A stretch of 63,056 nucleotides of DNA, filler included, from Sluysia triapertura (taxonomy: Eukaryota): the NCBI GenBank assembly GCA_046118255.1. It is 4 parts of 4 records of this genome, joined end to end, with 100 filler letters (N's around TTAATTAATTAA, not from the genome) between each part and the next. Parts side by side here need not be neighbours in the genome. Positions count along the whole stretch, not along the records: positions 20,639 to 36,633 come from JBJNIA010213365.1; positions 36,734 to 47,901 come from JBJNIA010187967.1; 2 more parts are not named here. One strand, given 5' to 3'. Below, piece after piece: positions 27,320 to 40,759 of this stretch. The translations under genes and the position numbers were made by a program. How positions within the stretch are numbered: position 1 is the stretch's first letter; every line of letters starts with the position of its first letter. Under the pieces are notes generated by a model that saw only the letters and a program-made list of their open reading frames with translations, was not told where the DNA came from and searched no databases.

Positions 27320-28029
27320 CGTGGTGGCCAACCTTACTACTTAAAACTTTAATTTAATCAATCATAATAAAAAAATCACATTGCTGTAATATTTCATCTT
27401 TCATTTCTTCAAAAATGATTAAAATTGTAAATCTATCAAAACATTTTTAAGTTCACAATTCGACAACATTAAAATCATTAATACCATCAAAAATCATTAA
27501 AATTAGATTTTAAATTTATTTTAAAACATTAAACTAAATGGAACATCTTTAACTACGTTGTTACCATCTTTAGATATTCTTTCATAAATTTTCTTCACAT
27601 TTTTAATTTATATTTAAAGAAATGTAAAAGAATTTAAAGATGTAAAGAAAAAGAATTTTAATTTTAAAGAAAGAGAAATCTATGAAGGAAAAGAATGNNN
27701 NNNNNNNNNNNNNNNNNNNNNNNNNNNNNNNNNNNNNNNNNNNNNNNNNNNNNNNNNNNNNNNNNNNNNNNNNNNNNNNNNNNNNNNNNNNNNNNNNNNN
27801 NNNNNNNNNNNNNNNNNNNNNNNNNNNNNNAAAGTATTATTATTACTATTATCATTTTATCATCATTAATTATTATTATTTACATTACTATTACCATTAT
27901 TATTACTTCAATCAATTACTGCATACTATCAAGCTCGACAGTTGCTACACAAAATCAATTTCAATACTGTCATCATTGACAGTCACTTTTGTCAAAATAG
28001 ATTAACTGTGTAGTAACAATACTACCACA
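27320..28029 (+). mobile_element. Cassette copy B (contains an N gap at 27698-27830)
   Basis: It has a CGTGGTGGCCAACC start, C/A-rich then A/G-rich tracts, a (TAT)n tract and a hairpin at 27926-27982. The end CTACCACA is an inverted match to the start. Confidence 0.65.
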
Positions 28030-28481
28030 AAAATCCTGATAATTATTGGCCAACTAATAAGATTTCATTTATTTGATGCAAAAATTATTGTTGGTACAGT
28101 AGAGGTACACAATAAATTCAGAATTAATTTTGTTTGACTTAAAAAATAATACACTTCAGTAATTGTTATTGATTTTAAAAATTTCGGGAATAAAGTGTTG
28201 AAAATGTTATCCTGCTTATTGTAAATTTCAAGATTCAAACAAACATTAACTGAATTTTATTAAAAGTTTCAGTCAATTTTTATAATTATTTTGATATCAA
28301 AAATTTTAGTAAAGAAAAGATAGTTGTCATCCTCAATTAATTTTGTTAGATTCTTTTTACCTTATTTTCTTTTAGCTCAACATCTTAAAAGGTTAAAAAG
28401 ATATTTAATATTCGTGTAAATATTGAGATTCAACATATTTATTCTATAATTAATATACCTGACTATAAAGATACATCTTAA

Positions 28482-29271
28482 ATGAGTAATCATGATTTTA
28501 AAACAGAACTGGAACTTCTAATTAAACCAGGCAAAACTATGTTCCAAATGAAAGGATTGAATTAGTTATTAATGATAGTCATGTACACGATCGTAAAAAA
28601 GTGAAAGAAATATTACATCATTTGGATTCAGACAAAGATAAAATGATTAATTTATCAGCTATAGAAGTACTATATAATACTAAACCTCGTCTTTATAATG
28701 AACATATTTATTTTACTAATTTAATGGATATAATTATGATTAAACGACTTGATGATAAAGAAAGCAATCTTAAAGAATTTAAGAAGAGTTACATCAAAAA
28801 TGATGAACGTCTTAAAGAAGTAAATGCTGTAATCGAACATATTGATGTTTCACCCAACATAATATCAAATAAATATCTGAAATACGATTTTGATCAAGAT
28901 CACTACAAAACCGCACTATGTTTGTTTGGTACAACTAATTTAGGTATATGCCTCATATATGGCCGACTATGCCCATATGCCCACAACGTACCATAATTAT
29001 GTTATCAATCTTTCAATAACGTCAATTCTAATATCGACTTAGATCGCACTGACAAGCTACTAACTTCATTGGAAACTAATTCAAGCAATTCAAATCATCC
29101 AATTGATAACGGCATGAGTTGTGGTAATCATAATGATCATTTAACTATGATAAATAACGAATCAAAATTAGAAGTAAATTTTTCTTATATTGAATTTTTA
29201 GTCTAACGATATTTCTGTATTTTTATTAGGATTATTTGGCACTATGCGACCTGTGGTATGCCAAAATGTAA
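28482..29271 (+). pseudogene. Cassette-associated CCCH zinc-finger gene (one frameshift, one in-frame TAA, intron 29174-29229)
   Basis: It reads MSNHDFKTELELLIKPGKT.../..DQDHYKTALCLFGTTNLGICLIYGRLCPYAHNVP*LCYQ.., and the frame stays open to gaa|GTAAAT. The YKTxLC lead-in is typical of TIS11-type CCCH fingers. Confidence 0.7.
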
Positions 29272-30959
29272 GCCATCCACCAATTTTTTTGATAAACTGA
29301 CATTTAGTAATGATTTGATAACTTTAATTCATTTTATAACTAATAAAAATCTCAGTCTTATTTAGTATATTTTCATTTTAAAAGGATTGTAATAAATAAA
29401 TTGTATTTAATAAATAAATAAATTTTATCTTATGCAATTAATAAAAGAAAGTAATAAAATTTTAATCTTGGTATTTATACAAATAATTAAATTAATTAAC
29501 AATTTAATTAAATATAAAATAATCAATCATTTTACATTTAAAATAATAACATCCTATATTTTTCCAAATTAACTTGATTTTACCTAGAAAGCATTCTTAT
29601 TCTTATGATAGTACTTAAAGTCTTTGAATATAATTATGAACTTAAAATCTCAGTGCAATAAAATTTATATTTATGCAACTTAAAGCCGACAAACTTTATT
29701 GATAAATTTTATATAATAATTTTGGGTTGCCAAAGCACAAAAAGAATAAAATAACAAGCATTTATTGTAAAAATTGTACGTTGAAGAAAAAAAATAAAAA
29801 TTTTATGTTGAAATTTAAAATAAGCTTTATTAACGTCTTTAAATTTAGCGTGCCACAAACCTCTTTAATAGCAGAATCAGAATGTTGACCCTTCCTAATT
29901 TTCGAAAACTCGAATACTTCATTTAAAATCCGATGATTCTCGGTTAATATAGTTAAACAGTTTCTTATGCATAAAAAAATCTTGACATTGTCATGAAGAG
30001 TAGTACTAAATCGTTTTCATAATTATTCATCTTTGACTCTTTAACAGCACAAATCTTAATCCAAAAATGCCACCTTTTAATGTTTAAAATTCATTCAATA
30101 ACCGTATTTTAAAATAACTATCTTTTTATTAAAAGTTTCTGATTGTAAATAAATGAATCTTCATAATTTGAAGTTTCTAATATGTAATTATTATGAATGA
30201 ATGCTGATGAATTACAAATATTTTCTAAGTTATTTGTCAATGCATCTTCAATATTAAGTTCCCAGACTAATGCACATAATTGGTGGTATTACACATCTAT
30301 TTCTAATACTTCAGTTAGCATATATTAAGTAAAATGATTTAATGTCGAGCCTTTATACCGATTATTACATCTGATTTAAAAATTCCACAAAATCTGCCGA
30401 ACACATTTCCTATAATATTGAGAAATCACTTTTATTCATAGAATCAATGTCATTAAATTTTATTCCTAATTACATAATTTCTCAACTTTTAACAAAAAAT
30501 ATAAAAATTAATATAATAATATTAATAAAAACATTATTAAAACTTATAAATAAATATTAATTTGCTTTAAAATGTATTAAAAATTTCTCTTTTTATTAAT
30601 ACGTGATTATGTTTTTTTAATTTACTATTTTTTAAATTTCTAATAAACAAAATAATGACTTGAAAAAAAACAAATAAAATAATTATAATTACAATACAAA
30701 TTTTAAATCATTAAATTAATAAATAAAATTAATTATTTAAAATCTTTTAAAAAATAATTTAATTTTATTAAATTTGTTATAAATTAATTTAATTTAATAT
30801 TATATAATTAATATAGATGTCGAATGTAAAGTGTAAAAGTGTAAAAGAGAGAGTAAAATGATAAATAATTATTGTTTAATAGATTTGTGTTCATAATGGT
30901 GTAAGAAGGTATTGAATTAATATAGATTATTTATTTCATTAAGAGTGTTTTGTATAGAA

Positions 30960-31600
30960 TCTGCTGATATAGCGGTACAATCATGATATAAACATCATAA
31001 GCTAAGCAGGCGAAGAAATAATTCAAGTAAACGAAGTGTTCAATATTATGGATAGAAAATCGAATCAAGGGTTGAGTGGGTAAGCAAAATAGTGTCATGC
31101 ATGAGGGCAGCTTTGTTTCACACCAACTTTGACTGGACCAGCCAGAAGTATGAGGCTCCACTGAGAACATTTTGAGAAACCGAGATAGGTTCGGATTCAG
31201 ATTTTTGGAGAAGAAAGTGAGTGGATAGGTTTGGGTTCTTTGGCTCAGCAAGTTATTTCTTGCCTTTGGAGTTTCTATACACCAAAGAAGAATTTCGTAG
31301 CAATTTGAATTTTTACATTAACGATACATTATGTGTTAGATAAATATGATAAAAAGCCTCAATGGCGTAATAGCAAACATAGTAGAATTCAGGAGGAAAT
31401 TGAAAATTTAAACGGTGTTTATGTCATCAGAAAAATAAATAAGTGGGTTTGGAAATATCATCTGAAGAAGCCGTACCAAGTTTGAGATTACATCTGGTCA
31501 CAAGATTTCTGACTTTATGAAGAGATTTAAGTTCATACCTCAGTTAAGAGGTAGATTTCGAAGAATCAGAGTCTTAAGAGTGCGGAGTAGGTATACAAAA
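30960..31600 (-). mobile_element. Highly degenerate non-LTR retrotransposon (CR1/L2-type RT C-terminal region)
   Basis: Frameshifted pieces LLQKS*IRTYL..SGASYFWL..NKAA resemble the YKSLIRPxLEY..WSGA..QNKAA pattern of these LINEs. Confidence 0.4.
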
Positions 31601-34600
31601 TATAAGATCAGAAGACATTTAAGACATTAATGTTTAATTCCATTTTTTTATATGCTAAACATTTTTGAATTATTGTATAATTTAACTTTATTAAAAGCAA
31701 GACTGTATAATTTATAAAAATTTTTTCTTTCTCAGATTATTGAAACTGATACAATTTCTTTTCTGTTTGTATAACAATCAACTATAGAAATTTTTGGATT
31801 TGTAGAATTTTTATCTTGAAACTGTTTGTTTATTTAATTATCATTTTCTATTATCGTTATAAAATGTTTAAAATTGGACTTCTCCACTATATATAAAATA
31901 TTTCACCATTATATTCAAATTTATTAATCAATTAATCAAATTAATTAGCTAAATTTATTTGTTATTCCTGTATTTTAGGAATATTTTAAATTAGTCTTAA
32001 AATTTTCATATAATTTTTTGAATTTAAATTATTGAAATCAAATCAAAACAATATTTTAATTATGAAAATAATTATAATAATAATAAGATCGAATATTATG
32101 TTTAGCAACATTTACAGGTTTTTTGTTTTCTCCCCATTTTATTTAAATTATGTGCAACTTGCTCTCCTAAAATTATAAACTAGGAAAATGCCTGGTTAAT
32201 CAATTTATTAAACTTTAATTAATTTCGTCTCATTTATTTTAAGAAAACAAAATTTTTATCACAACTATTAAATAACTAAAATGTTTATCTATTTATTTTG
32301 TTTTATTATTAAAACACCTCTCCATTTGATCTTTTTTGACATACAACTTATACCTTTTTAATTTCCTAATATCTTTTATCATCTCACGTGACGTTTTGTA
32401 TTTGTAAAGAAAATATATAATGTCATATGTGTGCTCTCTTACTCGTGCATACTTTTGTTTATGCACAATTTCATTGGATAATTATTATGTAATTATTTAG
32501 ATTGCACTATGTTCCTTTCATTAAATTGAATTTGTTGCCAAAAGTGATATTTCTATTAATTACATTTATGTTATTTTCTCTAAATACATGTATTATCAAT
32601 TTATTTAAATGCGTCGTTTATTTTTACAAATGCTTAATGTGTATCTAAAATTAAAAACTAGCGAAGTTGACTAATACTTCTATATTTCAATAAAATGGGT
32701 TTGATTAATAACACGGCATTTCAAAATAGCGGTTTAATCGAAGAAAACCACTGAAAATAAAGAAGTGGTTATAGATATCTTTTCTACTAATCTACCATCT
32801 TTTTGCAACTGGTATTTACTGTTCTTACAGTATATAACCAAAGTAATAGTAGATCCAATGTATAAATAGAGCTTTCAGTTTCCCTGTAACATTTGCACTT
32901 ATATTTATAAGAGCTATATGATATTGTTTATAGATTTATTAACTGGATGCTCAGAATTGGTAATATCGGTAATTAATTTTAGTTTTTGATTTTACTTAAA
33001 AATAAGTGTTTCCAATACGGTATTTTTGATTTTATCTCGAATTTCATGAATTATTTAAAAATTTAACTTAGAATATGTAAATCAAGATTTAGTTATAACA
33101 GAACGAAATCATGTATAACAGGAAAGTATTTTGAGATGATTTTGAATTTTATATTAACATTAAAAAAGAATTTAATAAGAATTTTACACTTTCAAAGTTT
33201 ATATAAGTCACTTCATTTTTATATGAAATTCATATCATTTGTCATGTTTTCTTTGTGGTGATATTAAGCAAAATAATTTTAATATTAAGTTTGTACATTG
33301 AAAATATATTTTGTAAAAAGTGTTCTAGAGGATTTGTACATTTTCAAAACGGAGTACGAAAGTAATAATGAAAGTTTACATTAAAACGTAAAAATTCAAA
33401 GAATTGGCGAAGTCACCTTCACTGTCACTTTACATTACTGTTACTTTTAATATTAGGTTCAGTTTTATATAGCTATGTTTAAACCTTAAAATCGAAATCT
33501 CAGATTTATTTGTAGTACCTAAAAAGTACTTTATGGATCAAAACACTTTTGAATTATTTGTAATTGTTTGTAATTATTTGTAATTAAATAAAATTTTAAT
33601 TTGATATAGCTTTGGAAGTGAGAATTATGATTATATTGTCAATAATTAAATACTCTGTTGGTATATTTGAAATAATTCGAGATTTTAATTAAACTAATTT
33701 TTGATTTTATAATATTTCTAAAATTTAAATAACAATAAAAATGTTTAAATTATTCTTTTTGATATATGAAATGTATAAGTTATATACGAAATAATATAAT
33801 ATTCGCTTAATGTTAGTACGTACAAGTTAATGTGAATAAAAACATTAATTGAGTAAATAACTCTAGCAAGTAGCTTTTTTCCACTGTATTTTGATACAAA
33901 AGTTTTGTATTACTTTTTTGCAAAAATAGTTTTCAATGCATGAAAATTTATTCGTAAAATTCATTGAAAAGTTGTTAATAAGTACACGAACTAAACCCAG
34001 GACAGAATATAACCTACTTAGTGGAAATTAATAATTATAATAATAATAATTATTATTATTACTATTATTATCAAAATTATAAGTGAATATAAAATTAGTC
34101 ATGTTAGTGTTTTTGCATGTCATGTTTTTATAAATTATATTTTGAGCTTGCAATGTTTGACTTTCATTTTTCTTTTCTTTATTACACAATAATTATATAT
34201 ACTGTGGAAATATCATTAATATCACTAGATTATTTTATATTTTTAATATAAATGTTAATAAAAAATCTCGTATTTTGTCGTAATTACATATATATTATAT
34301 TAAGAATTTGTGTTTAGATAGATTATCACAACAATTTTCAAGAAATATAATAATAATAAAAATAATAATATAATATTTTGTTTTGTAAAATAATTTTAAA
34401 CATAATACTCATTTTTAAAAAATAATAATGTTCAAAAAATTACTCAGATTACAATGCTTTAGTATCAATTTAAAATGAAATTACATACATTTAATTTAAA
34501 TTCAAAACTTAATAACAAGTAACAATCAAATTTAAATTAGATTTGTATAAATAATCATTTTAAAGTAAGGTTCAATAAAGACAATATGAAATTAAAATTT

Positions 34601-34899
34601 ATAAACACCAAACCTTACTATTATAGTTAAAAAATTATCTTAAAATAGGAATTAATATTAAGAATATGAAATCAAACTTTAACAGCATAAAACTCGATCA
34701 AAATGTATAAAATATAAACAGCGTTCAAACATATTCAAATTTTGTAAAGAACAACATAAATTAATTTTAAATTGTTACAATAATAATTATTATTATAATC
34801 ATAATAATAATTTATATCGCTCTAATATCTACTCAAAAGCGTTTAAAATAAATTATACACTATAATATTTCTGAAGCAGTAATATTTTATAATCTTCCA

Positions 34900-36110
34900 G
34901 TAATTTAACTTTTTCTTGTAAATTTTGAAACGTAAACGATATATTACTTATCATCTAGCTTATTATCAATGTGGATTCTGTATAAATGATTAAATCTTAA
35001 TAATATATTCATTTTGGTTTCAGATTTTTATTATTTTCAAGAAATATTTAGGACTTACATATTATAAGCATTTATAAATTAAAGTCAAAATTTTGAATTA
35101 TATTGGTTACTTCTGAAAAATAACTTTAACGAAATCATAAACAATTAATTTAAAAACAATATTTTTAGTCTAAGGGCCATTAATAAAACAATATACGTGA
35201 GTTAACAAAATTAGACGGTAATTCATATAAATTATACTTCGATATTATTAAGGCTAATAAGTTAGGATTATTTGTAAAATGTTGTTAATATTCGACAATA
35301 TTACGAGTAGACAAATTTAATTCAGTAACTCTTTGCATACTTATAAAATTTTTTGGAATTTCTTTAACAAAATTATATTATACGTATAGTATTTTTATAT
35401 ACATATAAATTAATTCAGATGGTATTTTTAAAACACTTGTAAATTTAATAATTTTAGCAACTGTGATGGAAAATTCATTAATTTATAATGTGATAAATCA
35501 AAATTAACCATCCTGCAATTTTCGTAAATCGTACTTTCTATGAATCCTAATTTATTATTAAAGAGTTCACAGGTAAACGAGTCGAAATGTTACTAATATA
35601 ATTTAACATTTAAAATGTTATTTATGTAATGTCAAAATTGTGTGAATTATTCGGAAAAATATTGAAATGTACAGCACTGCAATGAAATTGTATTGATTTA
35701 TTACATTACTTAAAATTTCATCAAAAAATTTCACTTTATAAGAACTAATATATAAATAATCTATTGCAGCTAAATTAAATAAACTTGGATTAATTTCTTT
35801 GAAGTTATTATTAAACATGTTTAGATAATTTAGCTTAAATAAACTGTACATTTCAGATGGTATTAATTCTAATTTATTGCGAGATAAATTTAATATTATC
35901 AAAAAGTGAATAAAATAAAGATCTAACAAGTGTTATTAAATAAATTTTACATAAAATAGCTTCTTAAAGTCAGTTAAAATAATTAAATAACTTGGAATAT
36001 TTTCCAATTTGAAATTAAAAAGATCCAACATTTCTAAATCACATTGTGGGAATAAGCAATCCAGAATACTTTTTGGGTTCTGTTTAGATAACATTATTCT
36101 ATTTTCGTAA
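34900..36110 (-). pseudogene. Leucine-rich repeat protein pseudogene
   Basis: LRR units include LIILNLSRNKLELIPSEMYSLFKLNYLNMFNNNFKEINPSLFNL and LEMLDLFNFKLENIPSYL, with many stops in the flanking repeats. Confidence 0.7.
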
Positions 36111-36411
36111 TATATAAGAGGGATTAATCACTTAACCAGTAAATTCATTTATTTATTTTTTAATCGATACTTTTGTTAAGCATTAATATTATTTAATATT
36201 TTGATAATTATAACATAATAATCATAAATATAAATAATAATAGTAATAGAAAATAATAATAACAATAATAATAGGAATAATAAAATAATAATATTAATAA
36301 CAATAACAATAATATAATCAACATAAAAATAATAAGAATAAATATTACAATAGTATTAAATATAAATGATAATAATAATAATACAAATAATAAAATCTGA
36401 AGTTTTATATA

Positions 36412-36633
36412 CAGTAGACTCCCGTATAACGCGAGTTTATAAAGTGCGACGACTTTATTCATATAACGCGATTCCTGTATAACGCGGTATAGAATAAAAT
36501 ACGGGAATTTCCCTTTTAAACACTGTATAGATACATTTAATTTTTATGCACTCGTGTTTTTATATCTTTTTGTGTTTCAACGAAGTAGTTTATATTGCTT
36601 TGTCATTCTTTGCATTTCTATATTTAGACTTTT
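36412..36633 (+). mobile_element. Terminus of a pogo/Tigger-type DNA transposon, cut by the spacer
   Basis: TA|CAGTAGACTCCCGTATAACGCG is followed by repeated subterminal TATAACGCG motifs. Confidence 0.7.
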
Positions 36634-36733
36634 NNNNNNNNNNNNNNNNNNNNNNNNNNNNNNNNNNNNNNNNNNNNTTAATTAATTAANNNNNNNNNNN
36701 NNNNNNNNNNNNNNNNNNNNNNNNNNNNNNNNN
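36634..36733. other. Artificial scaffold spacer
   Basis: 44 N + TTAATTAATTAA + 44 N. Confidence 0.97.
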
Positions 36734-37046
36734 TATATATGCATCATTTCTGAAATAATATAATTAGAAATTACAATTATCTGAAATTACTAATTATTTT
36801 TTAAAATTATGTTAATAAATTTTAATAATGGCAAATTATTAATTTATAGAAAATTATTAAGTAAATTATTGTTGGTTATTTTTGATATAATGATATTTAA
36901 ATCATTGAAAAATATCAAGAGATTATAAAAAATCAAATTATTTAATATTACTACAATATTTCGTACTTTGACATTTTATAAGGTTATTATTAAACAAGTA
37001 GTTATGGTTACTGTTATTAATCAATAACAAATTTTATGGCTAATTG

Positions 37047-37503
37047 CTATCGCATATCCATGCTAGCAATAATGGAAGAAAATTCTGACAATTGCTGATA
37101 CTGTTGTTGATAATGCTGGGGATCTGAACTTGTCTGATTGTTGGAACTAGATGATGATGATTCGGTATTTTCCAGAGTCAGTAAAAGAGGACATGGCAAT
37201 AGTTCCGGGATGACGGAAAGATGAGTAATAAGACTATTTAGATTAGGCCAAGCTTTATCTAATCCTACAATACGGTAACCAGGTGAATGACGACAACGTG
37301 CAATAATGTAATGATTTACTGTATTAGGAGCAACTTTTACACTTAAAGCCAAGCAGTGCGGTTGACTAGCACTGTCACGAAGTACAAAATCACCAATTTC
37401 TCGAGTTAATAGAAACTCACGAGCATTTTCTTTCGATAAACGTGGAAAATAGTAATGATTAAAGTCGATACTAAGAGGAATCCCATTAGCAGTGACAGGG
37501 CAT
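37047..37503 (-). CDS. EGFRAP: Last coding exon of an SH2-domain adaptor (EGFR adapter protein / tensin-like SH2)
   Basis: It encodes YYFPRLSKENAREFLLTREIGDFVLRDSASQPHCLALSVKV..VNHYII..GYRIVG..LITHLSVIPELLPCPL..YQQLSEFSSIIASMDMR*. The FVLRDS SH2 motif is present and the LITHxSVxPELLPxPL tail is typical of EGFRAP-like proteins. Confidence 0.8.
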
Positions 37504-37537
37504 CTATTAATAATTATAATAAATACATATAACTTAC

Positions 37538-37813
37538 GTTATATTAGTATTGCTATTAATATTGTAGTTTGTGTTGGTATTATAATTAGGTGGCCCTTGT
37601 GTATTTTTTTGAAGATTTCTAGCACCATACTGACGATGATTGTCATCAATATCATCATCTACGTCAGATGAAGATGATGGAGTTGTGATTGGTGACAAAT
37701 CTAACTCACTGTTGTTAGTGATATTATTGTTTAAGTTATTACTGATTGTAACAGTAGAACCAGATGAAGTTGATAATACCGAATTAGCACCAATTTGTCG
37801 TAAGGAATGAATT
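37538..37813 (-). CDS. Penultimate exon (S/N/D-rich, low complexity) of the SH2 adaptor gene
   Basis: The acceptor is aacag| and the donor |GTAAGT. The 276-nt phase 2-2 exon is open and joins the SH2 exon in frame across a 34-nt intron. Confidence 0.75.
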
Positions 37814-39416
37814 CTGTTATAATTTGAATAATAATAATAATGATGATAATAATATTAGTAATAGTAATAATAATGATATACAGTAATATAATATTAAAAA
37901 ACTTTTAAAATGATCTGAAATCAAAAGAAAATTAAACAGAATGTAAGACATATAAGGTGAAACTTGATATACTTAACCACCAATTAGAGAAGGTTACATA
38001 TAGAACGAAAAAACCTATAATTTTATTAAAATAGAAATGAAAAAACGAATACCAACAAACACAAGTCAAAACAAAACTACCAAATAATTATATGCAAATG
38101 CATAAAGGAATGAGAATGGTCAAACCAATATTGTAAAAAATTAAATAATTAACTGAAACTCGCTACATTATTATTATTAGTTCATTCTTTTATAAAAACG
38201 AATTTAATCAAGTCATATTTTTTATATTAAAGTATTCAATCAGAATAGTTCAGTGGCAGATAAAATACTTTCAAGAAATATGACACATTGCTTAACACCT
38301 CAAAACCACATTTCTTGTTTTTAACAAATCTATTTGAAACCTAACAATAAATCCACTTAAATTTAACTATTCTACTCATTTTTTTTGATTTGTGAGACTA
38401 ATTTAAAATCTAAAGGTAAAATTAAAATAAATAAGGATATAGCTTGAAGAATCTGATATAAGGGATAAAATATCTCCAAAGGTACATTTAACTTAAGAAG
38501 TGTAGAAACTCAGAATTAATTACCAAATAGAGAAAGCTACAAATTAAACAGAACAGCATGAACAAATACAAACTAGCATATAACTCTGTGATCAGGAAAC
38601 TTTTACCTTCACACTAGTCCAATACGATTTTAGTAATTTTATCATTACCCTCCAAAATTTTACTTTTACCCCATCATTTAGAATAATAATATGACAAATC
38701 AGAACAAAATCAGAAAAACGACATAGAACAAGATAATAATCAGAAATCGGCGAAAAATAATGTTGAAGTTTGTGATGGATTATGTAAAATAAGTGTGAAT
38801 TCTGAGCAGAGTGAAATAAATACCAATGGGGGTGCTAATATGGACTGTTCGAGCATTATACAAAACAACGAGTCTGATAATTCAAAAAGCCATTCAGAAG
38901 AAAATAATTGAATACCTAAAAATTATAAAATATATAAAAATTTATTAATAATATAAGATTCAATAATTGCTACGCGACATAAAAATTATAATACGTTTTT
39001 TAAGAGTAATTTTTAATAAGTTAAAAAATAAAATAAATAAAAAACTTTTTAAAGTAAAAATAATAGTGCCCTCCACACTTCAACTATTATAATGGATATT
39101 CCAAAGAGTAAAGACTAAACACAATGCACATTAATTTCTACATAAAAGTATTCTCATTAGACTTATATTATAATATACCTCGACATTACAATTAAAATAA
39201 ATTAATATTGAAATTATTAATAGATTAATATATAACAAATTAAATGTTTACAGAAATATTACTAGTATTATAATATTAAATTAAATTTCTCCAAATAATG
39301 TCCAAGTTGAATCATCTTTGACATGTCAAATTTCAGTAGTATTTCAGTATTAATAATTATTTAGTATGTATTTTTACATAAAGTTTGATATGTGCTCTTT
39401 TAACAACATCAAAAAT

Positions 39417-40131
39417 TGTACGTCGTTCTAATTGGTTGTTCAATCAGAGTGATAAAAATAATGAAAATAGCTACTCTGGTTGGACAACCAAAATAATACC
39501 AGAAATCTTTTACATTGGAAGGCCAACCGCTATCAATGATGACAATAATTTATACATGGAAACCAACAATGTCAGCGTTGGTAGTGGTAAAATAATGAAA
39601 AACAAAAATGATGATAGTAATAATAATATTCAAAAATACATAAATCTTTTAAATGTTCTGATGATAAAAACACAATCTTCCTAATATTTAGATTTCTTTT
39701 TCTCGACATATTTGAATTGTCTTTATTACTGAAATGATAGTTCTTAACATCTTTGAAGTGCTTTTTTTATTACTATATTTTAAATTTTATAATGTAATTT
39801 TAATATTTTTCGATGATCTAAAAGATTGAATATTGAAAAATTATGAACTTGAAATTTTTTGGATTAGTTTTGAATATATATTTGATAGTTTAAGATGTAA
39901 ATTGTGGTTCTCATGTTGTGAGATTATGAGTTAAAATGTCCTAATGAAATTTAAATGTGCATTAATGATTTTGGATCTAAGTATGGTTTTGATGTGAGAT
40001 TGTGAATTTAAAATGTTTTGAAATGTAAAAAGGTTTTAATATGTCTGAGAAACTGAAATGTAAGGTGTAAGAAAATGTGATATTTTGTATGAATTAAAGT
40101 TTGAATTCCAAGAGAAAGGTTGGCCACCACA
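39417..40131 (-). mobile_element. Cassette copy C with two hairpins
   Basis: The minus strand starts TGTGGTGGCCAACC and ends CGTACA. It is colinear with copies B and D, with hairpins at 39432-39491 and 39526-39588. Confidence 0.7.
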
Positions 40132-40759
40132 TTCCGTTTCGGGTAATTTGTAGTAGTTACATTTTAGAATTTACTAAACGTTTCGATGTATAAACTTTAC
40201 TTAACCACTTATACAATATTTTGATAAAATATGATTTTTTCATAGTAACCTAAAATACAAAGATCTACTACTTTACGTATTTGAAACCAGTGATTAACAT
40301 TTGGTAAGAGATAAGGACTCCTGATAGTAAATTAAAAAATTAATTAATTGAAGATATAATAATTGAAAATAATTAAAGATCCTCGCTTACGTTATCAGAT
40401 TTACTTGAATTCTTTTGGCATTGGAAGTTTTATTTTATAATTAAGTTAAAGGATAAAATCATATGCAAAAATATTTTACTTTTTATGCTAGATTAAGTAA
40501 AATCATTTTTGAAATAATAAATTCTAATAGTATAATTTACTACAATAAAAGTAACAATTGATGATACTGTAGATTACTTTTAACTACAGTATATATAATA
40601 AATTGTTACTTTTATTAATAGATTTTGGTCTTTAGAAGCTCTTGTTAATAGAATCATTTTTTAAATATATTTTACTATATTCCTTTTGCATTAGTAAGGA
40701 ATCAAATATAAGGAATAGTTAGTAAACATATGATTCAAACAAGTTATAACTTAAATGTA

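Noticed and set aside
22488-28029. Cassettes A and B as the paired 5' and 3' LTRs of one element
   Set aside because: Similarity is patchy and low beyond the first ~250 bp, no TSD is present, and B has its own downstream gene.
36208-36462. Hydrophobic ORFs (also 24388-24693, 27682-28005) resembling membrane proteins
   Set aside because: They are translations of AT-rich low-complexity tracts or span N gaps.
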